A stretch of DNA of 64,000 bases from Callorhinchus milii (GCF_018977255.1 NW_024704742.1:75952001-76016000), one strand, 5' to 3'. Counted from the first letter of the stretch, positions 11,865 through 24,905 are shown. Translations and numbers: made by a program. The notes: a model not told the origin generated them from the sequence alone.

Positions 11865-13849
11865 CTGCAGTAAGAAAGAGAGAAAATGGTTCCAGTTCAT
11901 ACATATTAATTATTATTACTATTACTTCTCGTTTAGGGACATATTACTGTTGGACTTTCTCCTCAATCAAACAAAGCAATAAGCCTCATTGTCGTGTCCC
12001 AATCACTGCCTTGGTTGAAGTCCACACTCAGACTGCAGACCCCAGGACAGTTTCTATACAAAGTGAGTGCATGAAAACTTCAAAGGGAATTTTTATTGAT
12101 CGATAAGGGTGGCAACACAAGTTCAAGGAAATTCTGCTCCTCTGTCTCTTCATGGACATGTCAGACTGGTTCAAGCATCAGCAATTCCTTACAGTGACAA
12201 ATCTGGTGTGTTTTCTCCAGCAGCTCAACCCCATTTACCCCCCCTCTCCCCATGAAGAGCATAAACATTTCAGATGTGACGTTGAGGAGTGAGGATCTGA
12301 GGACACCTACAAGGATCTGAACCCCAAATCCTCTGATCCAAAGTCCAATGCTTCAGTGGGAGTTAACTAGCTGGGGTAATTATAATAATAATTATTAGTA
12401 GCTCCCCTTGAACAATGATGATGATGATAATAATAATCCTTGTGTTTGGTATAGCGCCTTTCACATCAGGAGGACATCCTCAAGCGCTTGTAAAGGGCAG
12501 CAACTGTGTGTTTGTAGGCAAATGTGGCAGCCAATTTGCACACAGCAATGTCCCACAAACAGCTATGAAGTGAATGACCAGTAGAAGGAAAAGGGTGATT
12601 TACTGTGTTCCAGACAGATTTTGGGCAATGAGATTGTGAGCCATGGTAAGACTTTCTCCTTAATCAAACAAAGGAAATTGTTTTATTCTCCTTCATTTCC
12701 CACCCTATCATTTGAGTGATAGGTTTTTCGGCATCCTGTGAAGCCTTGCTTGAAATTCCAAATAACAGATGGAAAGTTTGGTTTCACTGGAGGAGTCACA
12801 CAACACTGGTGCTGCTTGTTAAGAGTGGCATTGAAGTCAATCTTCAAACAAGAGTAACCTCAGTTGCAACTTTTTGTGTCAACCAGGTATCCCCACAAAG
12901 AATTATCCAGTCCCCCCAAAAAATGGAATGGAAGTTTTCTAGATAATCAGGAATAAGTACAACATATTCTGCTTTCAGCTAGATTCAATCAGGATGGAAA
13001 ATATGCCAAATGTACTGTTCCACCACACTAACTTGCCCTCCAGTAAATAGGTTTCCACATACATTAGACACCTGACTGACCAAACAAAATAGATAGCAAT
13101 AGCTTTGTCCTGAACAAGGAAGCAACGAAGGCAGTTCAATGTTTCCTGCTACTTTTATTGGTTTCTCCCTGCTTCTCTCTCCGCCTGATGACTTTCCTCT
13201 TCATCCATACCAATGGTCACCTACCCTCTCTCCCCAGCTCGGTGTTCTGTCATTGTTAAGCGCTCCGACACGTTACCCCGTGTGAATAGTGCAAGTTGTG
13301 CAATAGTGCAAGTTGTTGTTCCTTATTTCTAGACTAAATTCTTTACACACTCCATTCAAAATCCTGCAATTAAGTCTCAGTCTTACATTCTCCTCTCTCT
13401 GTGCCCTCTCCAGTTTCCCATGGAAACACTGTGCTGCGCTGCCTGACTGGCTGCTTTATGTTGTGCATAAAAGAGTGAAGCGGTTTTAACCAGAGTCGTG
13501 TGTAATAGAGAGCTCTCCCTTTCCGATCAATGATTCCACATCAGGAGGCCAGGGCCTGAGGAGCCTCAGAATACTAGTGTAGCAGTAACCACATCCCAAT
13601 GGCCACTTAAAGAAGAAAGTGCTGAAAATCGTGAATTGTCATTGGTCAACCTAATTTCATGCTATCGTTTAATTTGTTGGTGAAATGAAAGTGACCATCA
13701 AATTTACTCATTGGCTTCGTCAGACAGAGTAATTGTATGAGCGAAGCTAGTTCTCCACAAAGTATTCACAATGTCGGTTGCACAAAATTTTTGAAAAATA
13801 ATATCTTCTTGATTTGCCGGTTATTTTACACTTCCGCACATTCTTGCCA

Positions 13850-14010
13850 CAGTAAACTCCTGATAACTCGACCCTGGCTTAACTTGTCACTACCACTTAA
13901 GACATCATGCTGTCAATATCTGGCAGCATTTATTTATGTATTTATACATATGTCTAACTCGCTGCTCAGCCCTGTTCCCTTGGAGTGTGGAGGTATCAGG
14001 AGTTTACCTG
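13850..14010. mobile_element. pogo/Tigger-like MITE
   Basis: Terminal inverted repeats CAGTAAACTCCTGATA / TATCAGGAGTTTAC(C)TG with CAGT-type termini. Confidence 0.5.
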
Positions 14011-15389
14011 TTGGTGTGGTTTGGTGGCTCATTGTTATGCTGTAAAAAATGCTTGAGTTGCTACCTTCTGTAACTCTAGTGATGTAAAACCAGATCAAAG
14101 GGCGAAGCTGCCAACAGCTGAGATGGGGAAGGAGGGGGGATGCCATCAGACTCCCTCTCCTTTGGCCATGGCTACACTGTTTACCGCACCCTCACAACCC
14201 ACCACACACACTCACAGTCATGTTAGCTGAGTTCACTTCCCCCACCTCCTTGCAAGTCCATTACACCATTCGCAGCTTATTACCTCTGTGGCTCTAGCCC
14301 TCATCCTCCTTATGCCCTCTCTGGCAACGACCCCTTAGCACATTATTGCCCTCAGTCACTCTTGCCTTCATCTTTTTTTCCTCCACCTCCCCACTGCCGC
14401 CTCCCCTGAGGAGCAATCTGACAGAGGACGAACATGAACCCACCTGAGCTATAAAATTATACATTGGTCAGTTTAAAATGGTCAGTGCAGAAATAGTGGT
14501 TCTAAGTATTTCGTTCAACCTGATTTAATTGCATCGGACATCCTTTGTCTCTAATAAAACAAAAGACCTAGAACATCTTAGAGTATGATGAATTTCCATG
14601 CCACGCTGTACCTATTTATAGCAACCAGGGCAGAGTGTAGTTCCAGAGAGTAATGCCTGTAAAAAGATAATGATTTGGGTTCCTTATTCAAACACTCCCT
14701 ATGCCAAGTGTCTGTCCCTGTCATCATAGGCCTTATCTCCATCTTAACAAAATCTGCTGTTCCTTTGAATTGTGTACATTGCAACCTGGCTCCGCTCATC
14801 CCATCTGCAGCATTAACAACACAGCAATCGAACTGACAAGATTTGCAAAAAAGGATGTTTAAATAATAGGCCTTCAGGTGTCTGGATGTGTAAGTAACCG
14901 CAAGTCCTGCAGCAATTGAGGCCAACACCCCAGAACACTGCTCAGATGCCAATCTCCTGTCACATGGTCTATTTGGCTGATCCCAATGTAAAACTAATCC
15001 CAGACCACTCCATCTCTGACACATCTGAATCCAATGTAACTAATTGGGGAGATTTATTTGCGGATACTTTGGCCAAGAAAAACTACTTTCTCCTTTCAAA
15101 AAGTACAATGGGATCCACCTGAACAGGCAGACACCATTTAACATCTCATCCAAAGGATGGTACCTCCAACAATGTAACTCTAAATTAATAACAACAAACA
15201 ACAAAATTACATTTGGATAGCACCTTTCACGCCAGGTGGACATCCCAAGGTGCTGGACGGATAGAGTTATGGACCTGAGCTAGGGGTCGGGGTTGGGGAG
15301 GGTGGAGGGCAGGGAGATCAAAAGCATGATCGAAGAGGAGGGTCTTGAGACGGGTCTTGAAATTAATGCAACAATTGCTAAACCCTCAC

Positions 15390-15551
15390 CTTTAACTTGT
15401 GCTCCTTCCTGTTGACGATGACTGCCGTGATCTGTTGGTCCATGAAGATGAGGATAGTGACAAGCAGGGCAGGGATGGCAGCAGCAAGACAAACCCACCA
15501 GGGGTTGGCCCCAAACGGAGGTACAAACCAGCTCCTCTTTGGGCTGGTTGG
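15390..15551 (-). CDS. slc4a4: slc4a4 coding exon (162 nt): [54 protein letters not shown] (TM8)
   Basis: ctccag|CCAACC ... TTAAAG|gtgag; phase 0 to 0; within ORF 15378..15677. Confidence 0.96.
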
Positions 15552-15740
15552 CTGGAGGTTACACATTGAAGAAGCAAAAGGAGAAAATCTATTAAAACCT
15601 GGAAGAAGCCTAGTGTATAACTTGTAATCAGTTTTAAACAATGTTGTAATAAACATTAAAGAGCCCCTGTCAGGCATTCTATGGGGAGAAGACTAGTGCA
15701 CTGTAAGGGAGCGAGTCTGCGAGCTGCTTCCACCTGAGAG

Positions 15741-16030
15741 AGAATAATAATAATCCTTACATTTGATATAGTGCCTTATCATGTCACTAAGACATCTCAA
15801 AGCGCTTCACAGAATATACTGTAAAATGAATTGACTGTTTATTTTGTGGGTGAAACGTGACAGCCAATTGCGCACAGCAGTGTCCCACAAACAGTGGTGG
15901 ATTGAGTGACCACATATTCTCATTTTATTTTTTTAAAAGGGATTATTATCCCGAGAAAGTGATTTGCTAATCGACTAACAACCGGGTTCCTACTTACTTT
16001 TGGGTAAACAGAGGCGTGAAAGTCATTTAA
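15741..16030 (-). mobile_element. tRNA-SINE, short family
   Basis: Tail, body and internal segment shared with 18750-19042. Confidence 0.75.
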
Positions 16031-16079
16031 GGCTCGAATCTCCTGTGTTTTGGCCAACAATCCATCAGAACAAATAATA

Positions 16080-16475
16080 ATTAATAATAATCCCTGTAAA
16101 GCACTTTTCACTGTAGGAGGATGTCTCAAAGAATTTCCTGTGTAGAAACTGTATTTTGTAGGTGAATGTGGTAGCAACTTGCACATAGCAATATCCCACA
16201 CCACAAATAAAAGAGAGTTTCTCTTATTGGCCGGGACACCAGGAGAAACTCCCTTTTCTTTCCAACTAGTGACATTGGGTTTTTAACGTCCACCAGGACA
16301 GGTAGACAGGAACTCAGTTTAATGTCTCATCCCTAGAATGGCATCTCCAACAATGCAGCACACCCCCAGCACTGCATTGGAGTGTCAATTTAGACTATAT
16401 GAATTTTAAGTCTCAAAATAGGGTTTTGAATCCACAATCTTCTGACTCAGAGTTGAGCGCTAAACCAGGCTGTCA
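16080..16475 (-). mobile_element. Long DeuSINE copy
   Basis: Similar to the reverse complement of 47908-48345. Confidence 0.7.
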
Positions 16476-16961
16476 CAGTGGATGAGAAATTGACTGTTGA
16501 CATCATGGTTGTTTGTGGGACCTTGCTGGTACAGATGACAGCAATGTTTGGCTACAAAGACAGGCACTACCATGACAATAATTACCTGAGAAACATGAAA
16601 TAAGGAGCTATAAAATTGCATGTTTCTTGTTCATAGACTGGTGGAATGAACGAACTCACAGGTTTGAGGCCCCATCGTTTTCTCCAGCATAAAAAAGGCT
16701 GAAGCAGGAAGAAGGCTCATTGATACCTTGGGACCAACCTTCTGTTTTGAATTTTTAGAATAAAATATTTGTTTAAGACAATTAATCTGGAGCCAGGTCA
16801 GAGAGTGCAGATAATTTGAGGAAATGAAATGAGTTGAATGGCTATTTCCAACTCAATAACTGGTGAACTCCAAACCCGACAAAGAATAGGCAACTGACAC
16901 AGCTCCCAAAAACTATGATCCATTCAATAAAAAGAAAATAAAGATCCTTCGGTCAACAAAC

Positions 16962-17075
16962 CTTGAACTCATTTGGCACAATAAGTTTTGGTGTGTCTAC
17001 TCCGATCAGAGCATCAATGCTGCAGAAAATCAAGATGGCCAGAATGATGGCGAAGTCACTAATCAACTTTCTAAT
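16962..17075 (-). CDS. slc4a4: slc4a4 coding exon (114 nt): [38 protein letters not shown] (TM7)
   Basis: caacag|ATTAGA ... TTCAAG|gtttgt; phase 0 to 0. Confidence 0.95.
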
Positions 17076-18277
17076 CTGTTGGGAGAGAAACAAACATAAA
17101 GTACATTACACAGAATCATTAATATCCATGGAGCGATCCTCCACCAGTCTGAGCTAAGCTGTATAGTGCAGCATTGAAGCACTATTCAGCATTCACTGCA
17201 CTCAATGTTGCTTCTGTAGATAAAGCCTTGCATTTGAGTTTAGAAAGCAGAATTGAAAAGATTGACATTCAACCTAGTCTTGACTGTTTTACGTCTCAGT
17301 TTTACGTCTCATCTGAAGCACGGCACCTCTGACAATGCAGTGCTCCACCAGCACTGCACAGCAGTGTCAGCCTAGACTGAGTTCAATTTCTTGACGGGGG
17401 CCTGAACCGATGACCTTCAGAGGTAAGAGTGCTACCAACTGAGCCAGGCAGACACCGTTGATTCCTGGCAGACTCTAAAATCACAGCTCCACTTTCCATT
17501 GGCCCTATGTAAGATATCTGAGGCCGTAAGCAGGAAATGGAATTTACAGCTCAGGGTTCAATTTACAGACTGGACTTGGCCTAACACTGACAAGCTGATT
17601 AGTGTTTTATTGTCAGGGGTCAATCAGACAGTGACTCGGGTTTTATGTGGTACTTGCTGCCTCTCCACTTGACTGGTCCCAGCACACTCAGGAGCAGACT
17701 AAGACAATGCTGCATGAGCAAAGAGAACTGGAGGGAGGGCGAGGAAAGGATATGGGGAGGAAAAAATTATTTCTATAGTGAAAGGTCTTAAAATGTTTGA
17801 AAAAGTTTTATTACTGTTATGTGTAGCGACTATTTTTATAGGTAAACGGCAATTTGTGCAGAGCAAGGTTCTGCAGAGAGGCTTGAGGTGAATGACCAAT
17901 AAATCAGGAGAAAGATCTCTGATTTGGACAAAGAATGGTATTTCCCCATTGCTGCCCCTTCAACACCACTGGGCTTTGCTGAGACATTAGCAATTTCGAC
18001 ACCAGGCTGGGAGAATGAGATTGCTCCTCAACCATAGTAATGGTTCAGGCAGCTCTGAAACTGCTTCATTCAGCTCTGAAACCAGTGTATTAGTGATAGT
18101 TATGCTCCAGCAATACTTTTATTTATTAATAAAATGTAACGGAACTGAAAGCATTTACTATCGCTCTCTAACGCTCACACTTGCATGCACGTAAAAACAG
18201 ACATACTGAAACATTCACACACAACATGCACAGAAACTCACAGATGCAGACACAGAATCACACACCCACAAACACAT

Positions 18278-18301
18278 TCAACAACAACAACAACAACAAC
18301 A
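18278..18301. repeat. (AAC)n microsatellite (L2 tail, minus strand)
   Basis: Followed by AAGATTGCATTTATAGAGCGCCTTTCACGTC. Confidence 0.8.
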
Positions 18302-18749
18302 AGATTGCATTTATAGAGCGCCTTTCACGTCGGTTTAGCTTTTCATCTGGATCAGAAGATTGTGGGTTCAAGCCTACATTGGGGCTTGAACTCACAATCT
18401 TGACCGACACTCCAGGGAGGTCTTGGGGGAGTTCTTTGTGCTGTTTTTCTATTGAGATGATAAACCTAATTGAACCTGGTTCAAGGGGATGTTATAGAAC
18501 CTATTCAAAAAGGGGAGAGAATTTTTCTTCAATATCTTGGCCAAAAATTCTTCAGATTAACTAATCATTCACTACATGGCTGCTTGCACCTTGGTGCAAA
18601 ATGACTGCCTGACAGAAATCGCTGTAAATTACTCTGAGACATTTTGACACAATAAATGCTATAAAAATGCAAGTTTTTTTAAATATAGATGTAAAGACTC
18701 AAAGTGGAATTGATACTACATATAAGCATTCATACATATAATAATCTTT

Positions 18750-19042
18750 GCAAGTCAATTGAATGTACATTTTGTGGGCGAAATGTGACAGCCAATTGTG
18801 CACAGCAGTGTCCCACAAACATCAGTGACCAAATTATTAATATTTTTTATTTTATTTATTTTTTGGAAGGATTATTACCCCCGAAAAAGTGATCCGGCAA
18901 CCGACTAACAACTGGGTTCCTACTTACTACTGGCTGAACAGAGGCATGTAGAGTAAAGAAACTTGCCTAACGTTTCACCCTGCCTGGGAATCGATCCCAG
19001 GTCGAGATAAGTGCTCTAATCACTAAGCTACAGGACTCCACA
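18750..19042 (-). mobile_element. tRNA-SINE, short family, variant with an extra internal segment
   Basis: Same head (GGAGTCCTGTAGCT) and body as 6564-6897, reverse-complemented. Confidence 0.8.
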
Positions 19043-19614
19043 TACATACAAACCTTTAGTGCATATACACACACATGCACTTCCACACATACACACATTA
19101 CACATGTGTACAGACAGCCTTGCATTTCCACATCACAGGGATGTCACTGGAGTGGGGAAGTTGGTTAGACCTCCTGACCAGGGAATAGTGCATGATACAT
19201 AGGTCGAAGAAGCAGGTGAAAGTATCAAAACATCAGTCAATTGGTTTCTGTTTTCCCAATTCAGACCCTACACTGGGCATGGAGCTGAAAGGCACTGAAA
19301 CAATCCTTCAAGCCACAAAGGTCCTTTCATGAGGTTTTGTTTAGCAACATCTGAACCCTTAGGGAACCTCAGCTATAAATAGCATAGTCAAATATATCGA
19401 AATAGGTACAAGCAGCTTGAGCTGCCCTTTGGACAGAAACTCAAACTAATTTGTGCTAAATATCAATGCCAGAGTTTCCAAAGCAAACACTCTATACTTT
19501 CTAGCTGTGAACTGTGCACCACTGAATACTATGATATTCAAACAAACTGAAAAGCCATAGATAAAGAGCCACCAATCAAGCATCACTTCAAGTGGAAGAG
19601 GTAGGACATCTTAC

Positions 19615-19800
19615 CTTGGTCGGGAAGTATGGGCTGGTTTTGAATTTCTTCAGTGACATTGAGCAGGTGTATGTGCCAAAGAAGAGAATAAAGGACATCA
19701 GAGTGATATCTGGAACATATTTACAGGACTTGCCAACCAGGGTGCCTCCATGTTTCAGGCAGCCCATCTTCGACAGCGACGTCCAGTCGATAGTTGCATT
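19615..19800 (-). CDS. slc4a4: slc4a4 coding exon (186 nt): [62 protein letters not shown] (end of EL3, TM6)
   Basis: atccag|AATGCA ... ACCAAG|gtaag; phase 0 to 0; within ORF 19588..19863. Confidence 0.95.
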
Positions 19801-22800
19801 CTGGATAGAAAAGACGAGAATCAGATTTGCTGAATATGGATCCGTTTGCATGAAAGTTGCCACTATTAAAAAAACACAGCAGAGATAAAATTACAGCTGA
19901 CTCTATATTTACTCTATTTCTGTAACATTTTGCTGCATCCAGAAATTGGAAAATTCTCCCAATACAAACATAATTTTGAAGTTGGTTTTCTGTACATTGC
20001 TTTTAGGAACTACAGAAAACCTGCTTCAAAGTTAAGACTGAAGTCAACAATTTGTCAAATTCTGGATGCTTTGAAATGCCATGGAAATAGAGTAAAAGTA
20101 GACTCAAATAAATTTTTTGGAGCTTTTCTACCCCTTTCGCAAAGGTTTTATACGGAGGTTACATTTATGGTCTAATTAGTCAAAGTTAATTCAATCCAGT
20201 TTCCACATCGAACTGAGACTCAAGTGTGTGGTGTAATTCCAGGTTATGATGCATTGAAATAAACATACACTTTCTGAAACCACCTCCAGGGGGGCGCTTT
20301 TTGAAACTGAATCGATTCGATGGTCTCGTAATTTCAACCTCAATACAGTCAATTCCGAAACAAACCTGTTAACGTATTAGAACAATTGGTCTCACTGCCA
20401 GCTCATTAGTAACATGAAGAGATCAATAGGTTTGGGGTCTTGCCACCCCATTCTGTGCTACAGCAGGAGGCAATGCAACATCACTGACTGAGTATCAGAT
20501 GCTTTTGTTCGCCTCTGTTTATATACAAGTTTGGAAATCTATGCATGCACAAGCCTTTGCAACCGCTAAATTCACAGTGTCCCACTCTGTACCTGCAAGA
20601 CCCCTACCCTCAAGTACACAGTTCTCCTTCCTTAACCTTGCCTTGATTTAAACAGATGCTCCACTAAGCCCCCTTGCAACTTTGCACAGTGCCAGTCTCT
20701 TCTGAAAAGCACTTTGGGCTCCACACCAGTGCATGAGGTGGCAGCTTCTTCTGGTGCATATTTTACTGCTATTGAGACACACCAGTCTGGGAAGCAAATG
20801 TTTCTACCGCAAACCACTAGCTCTGGTGTCTCACATTCTCCTCTCCTAAATTCCCGCTGAAGAATTGTAATATTCCTGTCTAACTGTTTCTTGATAAGGT
20901 ATCTTGCTAAGAAATAATGCAAATTAGGATCCTTATGAGAGATTGGATGGATAGCCAGATGAGGCATTACTTCTGTCTGAAATTGCTGCTATAAAGTGCT
21001 CTGGGACGTGGCCCGTGTGAAGGGCGCTATATAAATGCAAATTGCTGTTATTGCTACCACAACAACTTGCATTTATATAGCACCCTTCACAATAGATAGC
21101 TTCTCGGAGCACTCAACAATGGCGCAGTTTGATGCCGAGCTGGGGAAAGGGGAGGTAACCATAGGTAAGGTTCTTCTGTACTATGCCATTCTTCCTCACC
21201 CTGATTCTTAGCTGAAAAAGTGTTAGATTCAATCGCAAAGGAAAATGCAAAGAATGTTGGATGCAATATAGGAAGCAGTAAAGACTGACTGTGAAGCTCG
21301 ATAGCCACGTACATGGTATGTACATAAATTCATACGGTATCAATGTGGTTTATGATCATTAAGAGACGGTCAAAGAAAAGGATAGGAAAGTATTCAGACC
21401 GTGACGATAACGTATGTTAATCTCATAGTTTAAATCCACCTTCCATAGTGCATAAAATGAGAGTCAACATTGAATGAAGTGTCAGTGATATAAAATCACA
21501 GCTTCATTGCTGTGCAGTCGGATTGGCAACGGGTCCAATAGACATGTGACTGCATGAATTCTCTGTCCCCTTCCCTTGGCCCCTCAATTAGTGAACAATA
21601 TAAACCCTGTCTGTCCTTACCCTAGACCTCTCAAACAAGTGAAACTCAATTCCATACTACTCCTGCAGGTGTTGCTATGGTTTCCTGTGCGTTATCAACA
21701 GAAAGAGATGCCTGAAACTTTTAAATACAAAATAAGATGAAAGCATGGAAATAAGCTCAACCGGGAGACATTTAGAGGAAGCAACATTATTCTGTATTAA
21801 CAGTGAAATTGACATGCGCCTCTGGCAACACCATAGGGCTTCTGTGTACATGAAGCAGTGTAGAATGTGGTCAACATGGTGCTTTTCTGCTCATTAAGGT
21901 AAAGGTCAATACTATTAAAAGGAATATTTTTCTGCTTGTGTCACCCATGGATACACCAACGCGTGGGGAGAGAATACTCTCCTCTCCAGTGCCAGCAGCA
22001 CCTGCGTTTAATGCGTTTCTCTACACTACGTTTGCCCTGACGCGTGGAAAAACCTCTCCCCGCTGCTTGTGCCAGTCCACTGCTAGTTGCTCTCCCATGT
22101 GAAGGAGAATCAAGAGATGGAATATTAGTCAGAATACCGGGAGAACTTTGCTCTTCAAAATAGTGCCCGAGTATAATCATCATAAAGATTTTTTTTATTG
22201 GTGAGCAGGTTAGGCCTGCTTACCAATAAAAAAATTAGACTGGATACGTTCCACTAAGGAATGAGAGCCCCGCAGATAAACCCTAATCCCTCCCAAATTC
22301 TTCTAGATCCCAAATTGTCAAAGGACAATGTGGACCTGAACCATGTCTTCACTACCTCCCGAGCAAGTCAGGTGACCGGCTCTCCTCTCTGTCAAGGCAA
22401 GCCCAGCCTGAGCTAGTGACCAAGTGCTCAAGTGAGTTCTAAACAACATAAAGATAGCCTGCTTCACTCAATGGCATGCTTGGCCCCTGGACTTAGCCTT
22501 TATCTGGTGCAATTATTTTTTACTGTTGAATATCTCAACAAAGACTTTAATAGTAGGCTCTAATCTCGGAATAATCGCAATAAACTCAGAGGCCTGTTTA
22601 CAGCTTCATTTCAGTGGCACTAAGAAAATCTGCTGGATATCTGCATTACCCATGGTAATCAAACTGGATCCGGATTGATTTACAAATGTGATCAGCTTGA
22701 CTCAGCTGGTAGCGTTTCTTGTCACTAAGTCAATAAGAGGGAGGTTCAGTGGTTCAAGTACACTGGCAGAACCTTAGCTCACAAATTAGATCAAAACTGC

Positions 22801-24120
22801 AGTCATATCTGTCAATAATTATCGACTCCCCCACACACCAGACTTTGGATCATCCCAAATCATCAAACCTGAGACTCAGGTAATCAGGATCATGATCATC
22901 TTTTTATCTCTATTTTTGAAATAGCTGTACCCAAAGCCAAGGGGGAGATTTCTCCGTCTGGTTGTTATGGTTCTGTCACCACAGAACACAATTTTGAATG
23001 CCTCACTCCACAACAACAAAGATTCCTGCTGGAAATCCAGCCAGTTTCATATCCAACCATTGTGCAGTCACAAGAAGTCACAAGAATTATTGGCTGCAAC
23101 TTCAGTGAGTATGATAAATGATTGTATCATGAGTTGCATTTTTCCACTCCATAAGATGAAACGTTGCTCTGCCAATGCTCTCCTGGCACAGTGTGAAATT
23201 ACACTTCAGCACTGAAAGTGGATTTATTTTTCTGTATTCAGAGAACATTTGCTAGCTGAAAGGCAGGATGTTGAATCACTTCTGGGGCATCAAGGCTTCT
23301 TCCTAGGCAAATAGAACTTGTCAAAACTGGCACCTCACCCATATCCACCCAGAGCTCTTCATACATTTGGAGGTGGGGGGGGGGGGGGGAAATGAAGATA
23401 ATATCAGATCCAAATGCACATCATCCAGTATATATAACTGATCCATATATACCAGTTCACACATTCACACTGTGCACTTTAATGGTCATGTGCAATGCAA
23501 TCTAATTGACACACACATTGTGGAGCTTTGAGAACCAGGTAAATCGCAGTGTAGTCACAATGGGCTATCTCCTCTCACAGCTTTCCTTCCTCTAATCTTA
23601 GCTTTTCAGGGGTGTGGATAGGTTGAGAGAGATGCTGTATCCATGAAAAATCCAGGGTATGCCCAAGGAGACAGACTGTGCACAGTCTGTGGACATCATG
23701 ACAGATTGCTGGAGTCATGAATGGTCTTTTCGTGTTCCAGGTTTTCCTGTTAACCTGAACTCACTGGCATTCTGTTGAGGTTTCTCCTCTCCACATGCTG
23801 CCCTATTATTTTCCCATACTCGGGGGTGGGGGAGAGGGAAGGGAAAGAAATTCCGCCTAGGTCTAGACTTCAACATTTTTGCCAGAGTATGTAAATCTTG
23901 GATAATTTGTAAATTCATTCTTAATTTTGAAGCTGTTTTTCTGTCACCTTATTAGAGAGAATGTTAAGACCAAATTTAAGAATTGTCCAAAACTTGCATG
24001 CCCTTAAATGCTAGAAAAAAAGTCAAAGTCTAGACCGAAGTGGAATGTTTCCTCCCAGATCATCAAACCCAAGACTCAGGTAATCAGGATCATGATCATC
24101 TTTTTATCTCTATTTATGAA

Positions 24121-24398
24121 GAGCACTCGCCTCGCAAGCGAGATACCTGGGTTCAATTCCCAGCAGAGTGAAACCTTGGGCAAGTTTCCTTACCCCACAC
24201 GCCTGATAATAATCCCTCAAAAAAAAATAATTTGGTCACTTCAATCAATGACTGTTTGTGGGAAAAAGCTGTGCACAAATGGCTGCCATGCTTCGCCCAA
24301 ATATACAGTCAATTCACTTTACAGTATATTCTGTGAAGCGTTTTGAGACGTCTAGAAGATGTGAAAAGTGCTATAACAAATGCAAGGATTATTATTAT
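24121..24398 (+). mobile_element. tRNA-SINE, short family, slightly 5'-truncated
   Basis: GGGTTCAATTCCC B box, shared body, AAATGCAAGGATTATTATT tail. Confidence 0.8.
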
Positions 24399-24822
24399 TT
24401 GACAGCATCAATATGGGCAATAATATGTGTGACTGTGGACCTTATCACTTTCATTGTAATTTCTTTTCACTCTATAAAATGCTCACTGTTTTAATCCATA
24501 ACTATATTTTTCAGTGAAAAAGAAACCCTGAACCCTGTGTTGTTGACATGCCATATTATACTGCAACTGCTTATATCTCTGAGTTTGAAAGCTCCATTGG
24601 GAAAGATAATAACATTAAACAGGTTGAATGCTAACTCCCTCTGTCAGTGGAATTAGATACCAATGTACGACTTATCTAAGTTACCATTATTTATAATTCT
24701 GAAGCCTTCTGGTTCAATTGATAGAGAACTATTGCTTAACTGCCCTCTCCCACATTAGAATATATTTGGCTTCGGGACATGCTACAGTCCAACATATGCA
24801 GATTAATGAGGCAGCTGCTTAC

Positions 24823-24905
24823 CATTCCAGGAGTGCTGTTGGTTTGCCAGTGCAGCATTGATGCCAATGGGTCCGTGTCATTCCACAAAAGGCTTGAATT
24901 ACTAT
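24823..24905 (-). CDS. slc4a4: slc4a4 coding exon (83 nt), divergent middle of extracellular loop 3: (D)SNSSLLWNDTDPLASMLHWQTNSTPGM
   Basis: tttgtag|ATAGT ... GGAATG|gtaag; phase 1 to 0 exactly bridges the flanking exons; open frame with N-glycosylation sequons; protein similarity is weak. Confidence 0.85.

Noticed and set aside
14578..15024. 148-aa minus-strand ORF
   Set aside because: No similarity to SLC4 or any family I recognise, and not needed for exon phase continuity.
20281..20298. CTCF-like site CACCTCCAGGGGGGCGCT
   Set aside because: One extra G breaks the consensus spacing; not supportable from sequence alone.
21621..21662. 42-nt cryptic exon (cctgcag|GAGTAG...CTAGG|gtaagg, minus strand)
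   Set aside because: Immediate in-frame TAG and a weak polypyrimidine tract; no support beyond splice dinucleotides.
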